Virus record (IMG/VR): IMGVR_UViG_3300032020_000845
Location: 42,980-106,979 of that record
Source of the DNA: a virus
Reading direction: 5' to 3' (one strand)
Length of the DNA stretch: 64,000 bases
Under the pieces are notes generated by a model. That model ran no database searches and was not told the origin of the DNA. It saw only the letters and a list, made by a program, of their open reading frames with translations. Positions 8,118 through 18,503 of this stretch are shown here, in pieces. Position 1 is the first letter of the stretch. Each line of letters begins with the position of its first letter. The position numbers and the translations under genes were made by a program.

Positions 8118-10634
8118 ATGAGTTGTAATAAGTGTTCTTTATTTAAAAATTGTAAACATCCTTGTGTTCAAGGCGTTGGTTCTATTCCTGCAAATATAAT
8201 GTTAATTGGAGAGGCCCCGGGCGAAGAAGAAGACAAGAGAGGCACTCCTTTTATCGGACTTGCAGGTAAACGCCTTGATATTATTTTGAAGGAGGCTGGA
8301 TTACATAGAAATGATTTATACATAAGTAATTTGGTAAAATGCAGACCTCCTAATAATAGAGACCCAGAACCTGAAGAAATAAAAGCTTGTTCTCCCTATC
8401 TCGAAAAAGAAATTAAAGAAGTAAAACCTAAAATTATTGTTCCTTTGGGAGACCCTGCTCTTCAATATATATTAGGTCTTGAATTAATTACAAAATATGC
8501 TGGAACAAGGTATTGGAGTGAAAAATATAATTGTTGGGTAATGCCTACTTTTCATCCCGCTTATATTTGTAGAATTTTGGGAATGCAGGGAGTAATGGTT
8601 GATCATTTAAAGAATGTTTTAGAATGGTTAAGAAATCCGGTAGAACCAGATCCTCCTAAATATGTTATTGTAAACACAATAGAAAAAGCTAAAACTCTTT
8701 TTGAGAGATTAAATAGTGTTGATGCTTTTTCTTTTGATTTAGAAACAAGTGGTTTAAATTCTCGAAAGTATAAAATTTTATGTTGCAGTTTTTCTTGGAA
8801 GGAAGGAACCGGAGTTGTCCTTCCTATATTACAACAACATTGTGGAGAGTTTTGGGGATTAGAAGAAAAAAAATGGATAATGGAACAATTAAAAAAAGTA
8901 TTAGAAAGCAACATTGGTAAAATTGGACAGAATTTATCCTTTGATATTCAATTTTTAAAAACTTATGGAATTGAATTAAATAATTTTATGTCTGATACAA
9001 TGCTCGCCCATCATCTTCTTGATGAGAATGTGGGAAGGAAAGGACATGGATTAGACACTATGGTTCTTCGTTATTTTCCCCATATGGGAAAATATGATGA
9101 GAGACTATTAAAATATTTACCTACTAAAAATACTTCTTATGCAGTAATTCCAAATGATGTTCTTTGGAAATATTCTGCAACTGATGCTGACGCTACTTTT
9201 CGTTGTTATAAAAAGTTTAACCCTGAACTTGAAAATCAAGGCCTTATGCCTTTGTTTACCAAAATTGTTATCCCTTTTCAAAAGGTTTTATTAGAAACTG
9301 AATATCATGGTGTAAAACTTGATGTTAAACGTCTTAAAGAATTGGAAAAAGAATATTTAAAACGATTGAAAGAAATTGAAAAAGAATTTCGAACAACAAA
9401 AGTAGTTGGAATGGTAGAAAAAATATTATATAGTAAAGCAATAAATAAAATTGAAAAGCGGTATGATCTTTTGAAAACAAAGCCTAAAATGATAACTAAA
9501 GAAAAATATATACAAAAATATACAAAGCCTATTACATTTAATTTAAGATCGTCTCCGCATTTACAAATATTGTTATTTGATGTTCTTAAATTTAAACCTG
9601 TAAAAAAGACTAAAAAGGGGGGTCTTTCTACTGATAAAACTGTTTTGGATGAATTGTCAGAGATGTCTCCGGAATTAACTAAATTAAAAGAACATAGAGA
9701 TTTAAGTAAACTTTATAGTACTTATGTAGTAGGAATGCTTGAGAGGGTAGATGAAAATGAAAGAATTCATACGGATTATCATGTGGATGGTACTGTAACG
9801 GGTAGACTTTCAAGTACAAATCCAAATCTTCAGAATATTCCGCGTGATAGTGATATTAAAGAATGTTTTATTGCTTCTCCTGGGTGTGTGTTAATAGAAA
9901 TTGATTCAAAACAAGCTGAATATAGATGTTGGGCTCATTATTCTAATGATCCAAAAATGATTGCAACAATTAAGTCTGGAGTAGATGTTCATAACCAGAT
10001 GGCTTCAGAGTGTTTTGGTAAGAAAATAGAAGAAGTTACAAAAGAAGAAAGACAAAAAGCGAAGGGGTCCGTTTTTGGGTTAATGTTTGGAAGAGGCTCT
10101 AAAAGTCTTGCAGCAGAACACGAAATGACTGAAGAAGAAGCAGAACATATTAGGAGTGTGTTTTTTGATCGTTATCCTAAGGCAAAAGATTGGATATATG
10201 GAATTAAAAAAGTGGCCCAAACCTATGGTAAAGTAACTAATGCTTTTGGACGAATTAGAAGACTTCCTGCAGCTCAAATTCCTTGGAGTGAGGATATGGA
10301 AAAACATGACAGAAAGGATAGAAGCGAAGCAATGCGCCAAGCTGTCAACTCTCCAATCCAATCGATGGCGTCTGATATTACTGCTTTAACTGCTTATCGT
10401 ATATATAAAAAATTAAAACAAATAAATAGTAAAACAAAATTAGTCCTTACTGTACATGATTCTTTAGTTTATGAAGTTCTGAAAGAAGAAAAAGATATTT
10501 TTATTCAAATAGTAAAGGAAGCCGTCTCTCGTAGTTATAATACATTAAGTGGCCCTATCAAAGTTCCAATAGAATTTGATATTACTATCGGAGAAAGATG
10601 GAGAAAATTGGTAGAATTAAGCAAATATGTATAA
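8118..10634 (+). CDS. polA: Family A DNA polymerase with N-terminal family-4 uracil-DNA glycosylase domain and 3'-5' exonuclease
   Basis: UDG: CNKC, GEAPG, KCRPPNNRDP, HPAY. Exo: FDLETSG, DADAT. Pol: TVTGRLSSTNPNLQNIP, DSKQAEYR, RQKAK, NSPIQS, TVHDS. Confidence 0.95.
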   Translation: MSCNKCSLFKNCKHPCVQGVGSIPANIMLIGEAPGEEEDKRGTPFIGLAGKRLDIILKEAGLHRNDLYISNLVKCRPPNNRDPEPEEIKACSPYLEKEIKEVKPKIIVPLGDPALQYILGLELITKYAGTRYWSEKYNCWVMPTFHPAYICRILGMQGVMVDHLKNVLEWLRNPVEPDPPKYVIVNTIEKAKTLFERLNSVDAFSFDLETSGLNSRKYKILCCSFSWKEGTGVVLPILQQHCGEFWGLEEKKWIMEQLKKVLESNIGKIGQNLSFDIQFLKTYGIELNNFMSDTMLAHHLLDENVGRKGHGLDTMVLRYFPHMGKYDERLLKYLPTKNTSYAVIPNDVLWKYSATDADATFRCYKKFNPELENQGLMPLFTKIVIPFQKVLLETEYHGVKLDVKRLKELEKEYLKRLKEIEKEFRTTKVVGMVEKILYSKAINKIEKRYDLLKTKPKMITKEKYIQKYTKPITFNLRSSPHLQILLFDVLKFKPVKKTKKGGLSTDKTVLDELSEMSPELTKLKEHRDLSKLYSTYVVGMLERVDENERIHTDYHVDGTVTGRLSSTNPNLQNIPRDSDIKECFIASPGCVLIEIDSKQAEYRCWAHYSNDPKMIATIKSGVDVHNQMASECFGKKIEEVTKEERQKAKGSVFGLMFGRGSKSLAAEHEMTEEEAEHIRSVFFDRYPKAKDWIYGIKKVAQTYGKVTNAFGRIRRLPAAQIPWSEDMEKHDRKDRSEAMRQAVNSPIQSMASDITALTAYRIYKKLKQINSKTKLVLTVHDSLVYEVLKEEKDIFIQIVKEAVSRSYNTLSGPIKVPIEFDITIGERWRKLVELSKYV

Positions 10635-10943
10635 CTGGAAAATTTTTGTTTGAATTAATGGAGGTAAAGTGAAATATATACAACATAATCCACAATTTAT
10701 TAATGGCTACCCAGCTCCTTGTGAGGTTAATGGCCAAGATGTTATCAGTTCTCCAGTTTCTGTTCCGGTATGGGAGACAGTTTACAGGGACGGGGGGATT
10801 ATAGATTTACCATCTGATGAGGTTTTTAAAAATTATCCTCGCACACGAAAGAGGATTAAGGTTTTTGATGGTTATAGATGTTTAGGTTGTGGAATAATTA
10901 TTAAATAATGTTGGGAAAAATTTATTAACATTTTTAAAATTTA

Positions 10944-10959
10944 AGTGTATATTATATTA
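10944..10959 (+). promoter_or_regulatory. Variant of the recurrent promoter motif (AGTGTATATTATATTA)
   Basis: Intergenic, upstream of SD AAGGAGGT for ORF 10985. Confidence 0.45.
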
Positions 10960-10984
10960 AACGTAAAGTTAAGGAGGTAAAGTT

Positions 10985-12073
10985 ATGTATAACGAGTTAA
11001 GTTTTGCCACAGAAAAGGAACATGTAGCTGTAAAAGACATGTCTGAGGCTTTTAAAGCAGTTGAAGAGTTCAAAGCATTCCCTCAAAAAACTTCCCTTTC
11101 CGATGTTCAAGTTTCATTAAATGGCGGAGCTAATTTAACCGTCGGTAGTGATTCCAGAAAAATGACACAATGGAGTCTTCAGTCTCTTTGTAGGATTTTA
11201 GGAATTCCCGATCCCTTTGCTCGTAAGATTCCAGTTGATTTATTACAGGAAAATATTTCTCGGTTGCTTCGAGAAAAATCGGAGGGAGTTGTCTCTCTTC
11301 TTGTTGGAAAAGAAAATGAAGTTGTTAATATTGTTTGTGCAGCTTATAAACCTTTTTATAATGAAACCTTTTTGAGTAAGATTAGTGAGCTTTTTAAAGA
11401 CAAGCCGGTTGAATGGGAATCGATGAGAATTGGTCCTCGTGGTTTTGACCTTAATGTAATTGATCCGTCAATGAAACCATTGGAACCGCAAGTTGGAGAT
11501 ATTACTAAAATTGGTTTTCAAATTATGAATTCTGATACTGGATTTCGTGATGCTGTTGCTAATCTTTATCTTTTCAGACTTACTTGTGTAAATGGAGCTA
11601 CTTTGACTGAGGATTGGGGAGTTGTGCGAAGGAGAGCAAATAGAAACATTTCTCTTGATAAAGATTTTGGTTATTTTATGGATGGTGTTAAGCATTTAAA
11701 AGCTAACTTTGGAAGATTAGGTAAAGTGTATAATAAGATGCCTGAAACTAATTTGACAGATTTTCAAGTAGAGAGTGTTTGGAAAGCAACCAATCGTATT
11801 GCGGGACCAGAACAAGCGGACGCAGTTATTGAGAAAGATGAAAATGGAAGGAAAGCTATTATACATTCGGTTACTGCAAAAAGAGCTCATAATAGACAAT
11901 TGTTTGTTGAAGAACTTAAAGAACCTTCTCCTACTGATGTAAATTCTTATGGCACTTATAACAGAATAACTGATGCTAGTAAACAATATAAGTGGCAGCA
12001 AGCTCTTCAATTACAAAGAATTGGTGGTAGAATAATATCGATGCTTACTGAACAATTTATGAGTAATAATTAG
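10985..12073 (+). CDS. DUF932-like phage protein
   Basis: NSDTG...LFRLTCVNG and late YNRIT motifs. Confidence 0.55.
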   Translation: MYNELSFATEKEHVAVKDMSEAFKAVEEFKAFPQKTSLSDVQVSLNGGANLTVGSDSRKMTQWSLQSLCRILGIPDPFARKIPVDLLQENISRLLREKSEGVVSLLVGKENEVVNIVCAAYKPFYNETFLSKISELFKDKPVEWESMRIGPRGFDLNVIDPSMKPLEPQVGDITKIGFQIMNSDTGFRDAVANLYLFRLTCVNGATLTEDWGVVRRRANRNISLDKDFGYFMDGVKHLKANFGRLGKVYNKMPETNLTDFQVESVWKATNRIAGPEQADAVIEKDENGRKAIIHSVTAKRAHNRQLFVEELKEPSPTDVNSYGTYNRITDASKQYKWQQALQLQRIGGRIISMLTEQFMSNN

Positions 12074-12090
12074 CACATACCTCCTAAATT

Positions 12091-12107
12091 TTGTGTATAA
12101 TATATTA
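12091..12107 (+). promoter_or_regulatory. Recurrent promoter motif TTGTGTATAATATATTA
   Basis: Exact copy, followed by SD GAGGAGGT and ATG at 12125. Confidence 0.7.
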
Positions 12108-12124
12108 TAAAGAGGAGGTATAGT

Positions 12125-12667
12125 ATGGCAGAAAAGGTTTTAGCTAAAGATGCTGAGATAAATAGTGTCTATTTGACACGCGGAGGTAAACAGGTAGATG
12201 CTAAAGGGAAAGAGAGTTTATGGGGATTTCATCCTGTGCGTGTCCTTCGCAAAGAATTTCAAAAGGATGAAATTATAAAAGTGGCAGTTCTTACTCCTTG
12301 GGATACTGAATTGCCATTAGACCCTAATTATCCGTTAGAGGTAACAGATTTGCAAACGTTACCAGCTGAAAGTACTTCTATATTGACAGATCGTAAAGTT
12401 TCTTTTGATGATGAAGCTCCTCCAGAATATATTGAGAAGTTAAAAACTACAAAGAAGGAAGAACAGGTTCGTGAAGATCCACACAAAGACAATAAAAGTA
12501 TAGTTGTTGAAGAATTGAAAAAGGGAACGCCTCTGAAACAGATTGTGGAAAAGGTAGAAGGAATGGATTATCACGCTGTTTATAGTTATGTTTCGCAATT
12601 GAAAAAGAACGGAGTATACAAAATTCAAAAAGTTGGAAAGGGAATATTTAAAATAGTGGAGGGATAA
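12125..12667 (+). CDS. Hypothetical protein with possible C-terminal winged HTH
   Basis: ORF with strong SD; C-terminal LKQIVEKV...YSYVSQLKKNG. Confidence 0.5.
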   Translation: MAEKVLAKDAEINSVYLTRGGKQVDAKGKESLWGFHPVRVLRKEFQKDEIIKVAVLTPWDTELPLDPNYPLEVTDLQTLPAESTSILTDRKVSFDDEAPPEYIEKLKTTKKEEQVREDPHKDNKSIVVEELKKGTPLKQIVEKVEGMDYHAVYSYVSQLKKNGVYKIQKVGKGIFKIVEG

Positions 12668-12669
12668 AG

Positions 12670-12786
12670 ATGACGTGTCCAAAGTGTGGATCTAAAATGA
12701 CTCAAGGTTCAAGTCACGCCGATTATGGACATTCTCAATGGGAATGTCATAATTGTGGATATTGCGAAGTAATTACGGAGGAATAA
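12670..12786 (+). CDS. 38-aa zinc-ribbon protein
   Basis: MTCPKCGSKM...WECHNCGY; fills the gap between flanking ORFs. Confidence 0.55.
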   Translation: MTCPKCGSKMTQGSSHADYGHSQWECHNCGYCEVITEE

Positions 12787-13115
12787 AATGAGCGTTCTTA
12801 TTATGAGATATAAAAATCAAAAGGAAAAGGAATGTATAAAGATTTCTGGAGTAGACTTTGGTAGTTATTTGGAAATAGTGGAAGAAAATCGAAAATTTAT
12901 TTTGTGTAAGAGATCTGGTTACTTGGGTTGGATAGGTATAGGAATGCAACATTATTATCCGCCAAAGTTTTTATTATTTGAGAAAGAGATGGTGCAGGAT
13001 ACTGTGAAAGATTGTTTAGGAAGAAGTTTCAAATATAATCGAAAAACAAAAAAGCAAGTTATGAAAAAAGCTATGAAAGCTTTGAAAGAAGGAGAATAAA
13101 TTTAGGAGGAAATAC

Positions 13116-13646
13116 ATGAAAATTCTATTAGTAGGATCTCACGGAACTGGAAAATCTACTTTAGCAAAAGAAATTCAAAGAGTTTTTCCACCTCCTTTTT
13201 ATATTATTGATAATATTCATCGTGATGCAAAAGCGAATGGATTTGAAATAAACAAAACTGATGATGTAATTAGCCAAATAGAAACGGTTCGAAGATATCT
13301 GCGAGAAATAGGAGTAAAGGATAATTTTGTTTCTGTAGATAGTATAATACGACAAACCGCATATGCAATATGTAATAATTTACCCGAACCTGTTATTGGT
13401 TTAATGAAAGAGTTATGCTATGTTGAAAGAGCTTATTTTGCAAATATTATTTTCTATTTTCCAATAGATTTTTCTTTAGTGAAAGATGGTATTAGAGATG
13501 AAGATATTGAGTTTCAAAAAAAGATTGATGTTGAGATTGTAAATTTGTTGAACATTTATTATTGGAATATGTGTCATACAGTAACAGGAACAGTTTCACA
13601 ACGAAGTGATAAAGTTGTTAAAATACTTGAACTTTGTAAGAGGTAG
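13116..13646 (+). CDS. P-loop nucleotide kinase-like protein (AAA_28-like)
   Basis: GSHGTGKSTL Walker A; DGIRDED-x-EFQKKID lid. Confidence 0.75.
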   Translation: MKILLVGSHGTGKSTLAKEIQRVFPPPFYIIDNIHRDAKANGFEINKTDDVISQIETVRRYLREIGVKDNFVSVDSIIRQTAYAICNNLPEPVIGLMKELCYVERAYFANIIFYFPIDFSLVKDGIRDEDIEFQKKIDVEIVNLLNIYYWNMCHTVTGTVSQRSDKVVKILELCKR

Positions 13647-14465
13647 ATGCAAGTGAAAGTTTGTCATATTGTTCCAACAAGTTATATTGAAGTTTGTAAT
13701 CGAAACTCCTTTATGCATCTTTTAATTGCTCAAGAAGTTTTGAACAACGAAAAATATAGAGAAGCATATTTGGATAGAAGTTTGAAAGGGGATTTTCTTA
13801 TAATGGATAATGGGGCATTTGAATATGGAGATGCTGCTTCTCTTGGAGATATTATTAAAGCTACAGAATTAGTTCAAGCACGTGAATTAGTTTTACCTGA
13901 TTGTTATCTTGATGGAGGAGTAACTACTGTAAGAGTTATCAACGCTTTGAAAGCATTAATGAAATATAAATTATTAGAAAAGTTTAAAGAACCAATTTAT
14001 TTAATGGCTGTTCCTCAGGGAAAAACAGAAAAGGAATATATGAAATGTTTTTCGGAAATATTGTCTATTGATGAAATTGCCACTATTGGATTTTCATATG
14101 GAGCAATAGGTAAATCATTTGAAGGATATAATCTCCCTCAATGTCTTTTAAGACCAATGGCGATTAGTTACTTAAATCAACATTTTGATTTAAAAAATTC
14201 AGGCAAAGATTTTCATTGTTTAGGTATTGGAGGACATCCTATTGAGATTAACTTTTTGAAACGTTTTGGATTTATTAGAAGTGTTGATTCTTCAAAAGCA
14301 TTTGTATGTGCTGTAAAAGGGATTGATATTACTAAAGTTTTACCAGCTCATTATATCTCTCCTGAAAGACCTGCAGATTACTTTGATATTCAGGTTTCAG
14401 AAAATATTGTAACACTTGCTTTGAAAAATATAAAAACGATGGAAAAGTATAATAATGAGGAGTAA
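13647..14465 (+). CDS. TGT/DpdA-like TIM-barrel protein
   Basis: IMDNGAFE, VLPD, AVPQG, FHCLG, RSVDSS occur in the order of tRNA-guanine transglycosylase motifs. Confidence 0.55.
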   Translation: MQVKVCHIVPTSYIEVCNRNSFMHLLIAQEVLNNEKYREAYLDRSLKGDFLIMDNGAFEYGDAASLGDIIKATELVQARELVLPDCYLDGGVTTVRVINALKALMKYKLLEKFKEPIYLMAVPQGKTEKEYMKCFSEILSIDEIATIGFSYGAIGKSFEGYNLPQCLLRPMAISYLNQHFDLKNSGKDFHCLGIGGHPIEINFLKRFGFIRSVDSSKAFVCAVKGIDITKVLPAHYISPERPADYFDIQVSENIVTLALKNIKTMEKYNNEE

Positions 14466-14692
14466 AAATGAGTAAAGTACAAATAGAAGCAAAACATAGA
14501 CCAGCTTGTATTTATTGTGGTAAAAGAACAGATTTATTAATGTCAGCACATCGGAATGAAGTTGGTAATATGGTTGGGTGGATATTTGTGTGTGAAGAAG
14601 ATTTCGAAAAGGTAGCTGGTCAAGATATAGTTATTGAATTTAATAAAGATAAGGGAACAAGAGTAGTGTAAAGTAAATATTAGGAGATAAAA

Positions 14693-15727
14693 ATGACAAA
14701 AAAAGGGAAAAGTGAAATTCCTACTGATCCAAATGAATTTAAGGAATATATCAGAAAAAAGTATAAAGATAAAATAAGAAACTTAGAATCTACTAGTAAA
14801 ACGGAAAAAGCTTATTCTACTGGAATTATTACTGTTGACATTGCTTCTGGTATTGGAGGATTTCCTCGGGGTAATATGATTGAAATTTTTGGTCCTGAAA
14901 GTAGTGGTAAAAGTCTTTTAGTTTTACAAGCAATGGGACACGCCCAAAAGAAATATAATAAACCTTCAGTTTATTTTGACCTTGAATATGGAACTCCGAA
15001 AGAGTGGATGAAAATTTATGGTATAAATACAGATATGATTGAAGCAGTTGGTCAAGTAAGCGCTGAAGAAGCTTTTGATATGGCGTTAGACTTCGTTTGT
15101 AGCGGCTTGTATGCCTATGTAGTCATTGATTCTGTTGTAGGATTAGTTCCCCAAGCAGAAATTGAAGGGACAATGGAAGATCAACAAATGGCTGCTCTTG
15201 CTCGTATAATGGGTAAAGGGTTACGGAAAATTGCTCCAGAATTGAATAAGACAGAAACTTGTTTAATTTTTGTGAATCAAGTAAGAGATGCTGTTGGAGT
15301 TATGTGGGGAGATCCAGAAAAAACTCCTGGTGGCAGAGCTTTAAAATTTTATGCTGCTCAACGATATAAAGTCAAAAAGATTTTGAAGTCGGATGTGAAA
15401 ACTGGAGATTTACTTATTGGACATAGTATTGATGTATGTGTTGTTAAAAATAAATTAGCTCCTCCAAAAAGACGTGGACAGTTTCCTATTCTTTATGAAA
15501 AAGGAGTTGACTTTGAATTATTGCTTTTCGAAGAGGGTATTGGTAAAGGAGTAATACGTAGAGCCGGAAATAAGTATTCTCTTGTTGCAGATGAAAAGGT
15601 TAATGCAAATAGTAAAGATGCTTTTATTGAATTATTAAAGGATCCGGTGATGTATGATTTGGTGTATAATAAGATCTGGGAAAAGAGAAACGATATATTA
15701 CAACAAAAGGATGTGGAGGATTTTTAA
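14693..15727 (+). CDS. recA: RecA recombinase
   Basis: GIGGFPRG, EIFGPESSGKS, VIDSV, IFVNQVR, TPGGRALKFYA, VKNKLAPP. Confidence 0.95.
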   Translation: MTKKGKSEIPTDPNEFKEYIRKKYKDKIRNLESTSKTEKAYSTGIITVDIASGIGGFPRGNMIEIFGPESSGKSLLVLQAMGHAQKKYNKPSVYFDLEYGTPKEWMKIYGINTDMIEAVGQVSAEEAFDMALDFVCSGLYAYVVIDSVVGLVPQAEIEGTMEDQQMAALARIMGKGLRKIAPELNKTETCLIFVNQVRDAVGVMWGDPEKTPGGRALKFYAAQRYKVKKILKSDVKTGDLLIGHSIDVCVVKNKLAPPKRRGQFPILYEKGVDFELLLFEEGIGKGVIRRAGNKYSLVADEKVNANSKDAFIELLKDPVMYDLVYNKIWEKRNDILQQKDVEDF

Positions 15728-16155
15728 ATATGAATAATTCAGTTCCTAATACTCAGGAATTAGAAAAAATTAGTTTTAGTGGATTTGTTTTTGTGGTGAG
15801 TGTTAATATGTGGGTTGTTAGATTTTCTTCTGAAGATGAATGGACAGCAATTCCTCGAGATGTTTTAGAACCTAACAAATACTTAGAACAAATTATATCT
15901 TTTGAGACATTGATTGGAAGACTTTTTATATCAGGATATAGAGGAACGGCGGAAATACTTTTGAAACAAATAGAAGATAGTAAAGAAAGAGATCATTACA
16001 AAGGTTAAAGGAGAAAGTAAAATGAATTGGCCAAAAGCTTGTGCAAATATGGTTCTCATTGGTGGAGTAGTACTTGTTACTTTATTATTACATAATCCAA
16101 AATGTTTGTGGGCTCTTCTATTTCTTATTATATGGAATTGATAAAGGAGGAACAA

Positions 16156-16545
16156 ATGTTTATTAAGAAGGATGTTACTCTTGAAAGATTAAAAGTAACT
16201 GTTCAAAAGGTGTTAACAGGACACGTTTTAATGACTACAGAATTGGAATCATGTAGAAACGAAGTTATTAATGATTTGGTTTTTCGGTTAAAAGCAGAAC
16301 TTATGGCAGAGAAATTAGAAGATAGAAAGCAAACGGTTACTTTTGAGTTTCCGAAATCGTGGTGGCAACATTTTAAACAAGAATACTTTCCAAAATGGTT
16401 ATTAAACAGATTTCCGGTTAAGCTCACATCTTGTGAGAAAACAGTTATATTTAAACGTTATGCAACTTATCCAGAACTTCCCGTAGTTTTTCCAGAGACT
16501 GGGAGAGTTGTTTTTAAAGAATATGTAATTAAGAAGGAACAATAA
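16156..16545 (+). CDS. Hypothetical phage protein
   Basis: SD AAGGAGG before ATG at 16156; PKSWWQHFK motif. Confidence 0.6.
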   Translation: MFIKKDVTLERLKVTVQKVLTGHVLMTTELESCRNEVINDLVFRLKAELMAEKLEDRKQTVTFEFPKSWWQHFKQEYFPKWLLNRFPVKLTSCEKTVIFKRYATYPELPVVFPETGRVVFKEYVIKKEQ

Positions 16546-16819
16546 ATGTCTTTAAAAATTGTTAAAATTACTAAAGGATATGGACGTAGAATTGGAAGTA
16601 CTTTTGCTTACCAATGTTTTTGGGATTTTCTCCCAACTATATTAGAGGCGGAAATTGAAATTGATTTGGATAAAGAAGAAGATAAAGAGAAACTAAAAAA
16701 AATTAGTGCTCAATTATTTCAGGCGGCAAGAGCTCTCACAAACGCTGATATAAAAGCAACTAAAGAGAAAGATATTGAGTTTGCTAAATCTTTGGAAAAA
16801 ATATTAGAAAAGGTGAATA

Positions 16820-17395
16820 ATGATCAAAGCACAAGTTGAAAATATTCCTTGGCTTGCAGAATTAGAAGAATTGCAAGAAAGATTTGAAAAGATATCTCCT
16901 TTAAACTATTCTGAAATAAAAGAAGAATTGGATGGTTATGTTGTTAAATTAGACCCTGATCCAAGTTCAAAAGGTTTAGACAGTTTAAATAAAAAAATAG
17001 CTGATGTTGATAGTTTTATAAGTAGGGTTGTTACTATTTTAACTAATGCAATAGCTAATGAAAATAAATTTGAATCTTTTTTTAGTGATGTAGTTGTATT
17101 TTATAATAAACATTTGAGAATTCAGTTAAGACAAAAAGAAGTTGCAGATCTTTCGAATCAAAAGTTGCAACAAGCGGCTGCTGAAGAAAGAATAGAAGAT
17201 ATTGGAAGACTTAAATATGCTGTTGAGAAAACTTTAAATGATGCAAAAACACACACGAAGATATGTAAAGAGAAATTGGATAATTTAGATAAAACAAATA
17301 AAAATATTTCACGTCAAATAACTGTGATACAAACGCAGTTAGAGGTGGGAGAAATTCAAAGAAAAGTAAGTGGAAGATTTAAAGATAGTTTTTAG
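16820..17395 (+). CDS. Coiled-coil protein, possible recombination mediator
   Basis: Heptad-rich helical sequence in the recA/ssb region; function is positional inference only. Confidence 0.35.
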   Translation: MIKAQVENIPWLAELEELQERFEKISPLNYSEIKEELDGYVVKLDPDPSSKGLDSLNKKIADVDSFISRVVTILTNAIANENKFESFFSDVVVFYNKHLRIQLRQKEVADLSNQKLQQAAAEERIEDIGRLKYAVEKTLNDAKTHTKICKEKLDNLDKTNKNISRQITVIQTQLEVGEIQRKVSGRFKDSF

Positions 17396-17988
17396 AAAGG
17401 AGAAAAAGATGGCAGTGAAGAGTAAGAAAGAAATTAAGGAATGTATTAAGAAGTTGAAATTACTCAGAACGGGTATTCCTCATCATGATATCTTTGGAGG
17501 TGATAATTGGAAGGACATCGATATTAAAATTGGTGTTCTTGAAAAATGTATAGAAGTCTGTTGTGATTACGATGGGATTGAAGATAAACTTCATGATAAA
17601 TTAGATGAAATCGATATGGAAGGCGGAGATTGTTTTGATAGTCCGTATGTAAAAGCTTACGATTGGATCCTCGGGAATACAGATGACGAGTTAGTTTCTG
17701 ATGATGATATAAAGATATTTTGTAAGAATAAGAAGAAAAAGAAATAAGGAGGTAATGAAGTGAGAAAACAAAATGGTATAGTTTATTTAATTACTTTTAT
17801 AATGGGAATATTGGGACAAGTAGTATTAAGATTTGTTTCAATTTGGGTATTTTGGAATTTAGTAGTAACTAAATTGTTTAAAGTTCCCTCTTTAAACATT
17901 CTTAATATTATATTAATACTCTTTGCTTGGTTTTTAGTTTCAATAAAATTAAATATTAACTTTAAGAAAAATTAAAGGAGGTGTAATA

Positions 17989-18459
17989 ATGGTTATTAAG
18001 GGTGAAGTAGAGAAAAATGTCTGGTTAGATACCGACGGATCATTCACTGCTAAACTGATTAATGTAGAAGAAAAACAGTTTGCATTTGACCCTGCTCTTC
18101 AATTTACTTTTGAAATACTTGTTGATTCTACTAATGAAGGGAAACAAGTTACAGGGCTCACCAGTAAAAGAGTAACGCCAGACAATAAAACAGCAAAATG
18201 GATTAAGGCTCTTGATCCGAACTTTGATCCTGAGATTGGAAGGACTTTTGATTTTGATTATCTTAAGGAAAAGGTTTGTCGCATTTTGGTTGAACAGAAC
18301 AAAGAGTATTTCAATGTGGTAAAGTGTAGAGCTCTAAAGCCGGAAGAGTTAGTCATTTTAGAAAAAGTAAAGAAACCAACTCCAGCGCCTGTAGAAAAGA
18401 AAGAAGAGAAAAAGGAAAAGCCTAAAACTACTCCAGCTGATGCTGACATTGATTTTTAA
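17989..18459 (+). CDS. Putative single-stranded DNA-binding protein
   Basis: Beta-rich core, flexible linker and acidic/aromatic tip ADADIDF; strong SD and its own terminator. Confidence 0.55.
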   Translation: MVIKGEVEKNVWLDTDGSFTAKLINVEEKQFAFDPALQFTFEILVDSTNEGKQVTGLTSKRVTPDNKTAKWIKALDPNFDPEIGRTFDFDYLKEKVCRILVEQNKEYFNVVKCRALKPEELVILEKVKKPTPAPVEKKEEKKEKPKTTPADADIDF

Positions 18460-18469
18460 TAATGAATTT

Positions 18470-18503
18470 GGAGAGAGTAGTAATCCTACTCTCTCCTTGT
18501 TTT
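18470..18503 (+). terminator. Intrinsic terminator
   Basis: GGAGAGAGTAG-TAATC-CTACTCTCTCC 11-bp stem followed by TTGTTTT. Confidence 0.85.

Noticed and set aside
15661-15672. GGTGTATAATAA resembling the promoter motif
   Set aside because: It lies inside recA coding sequence and lacks the ATATTA extension, so it is likely chance, though it could drive downstream genes.
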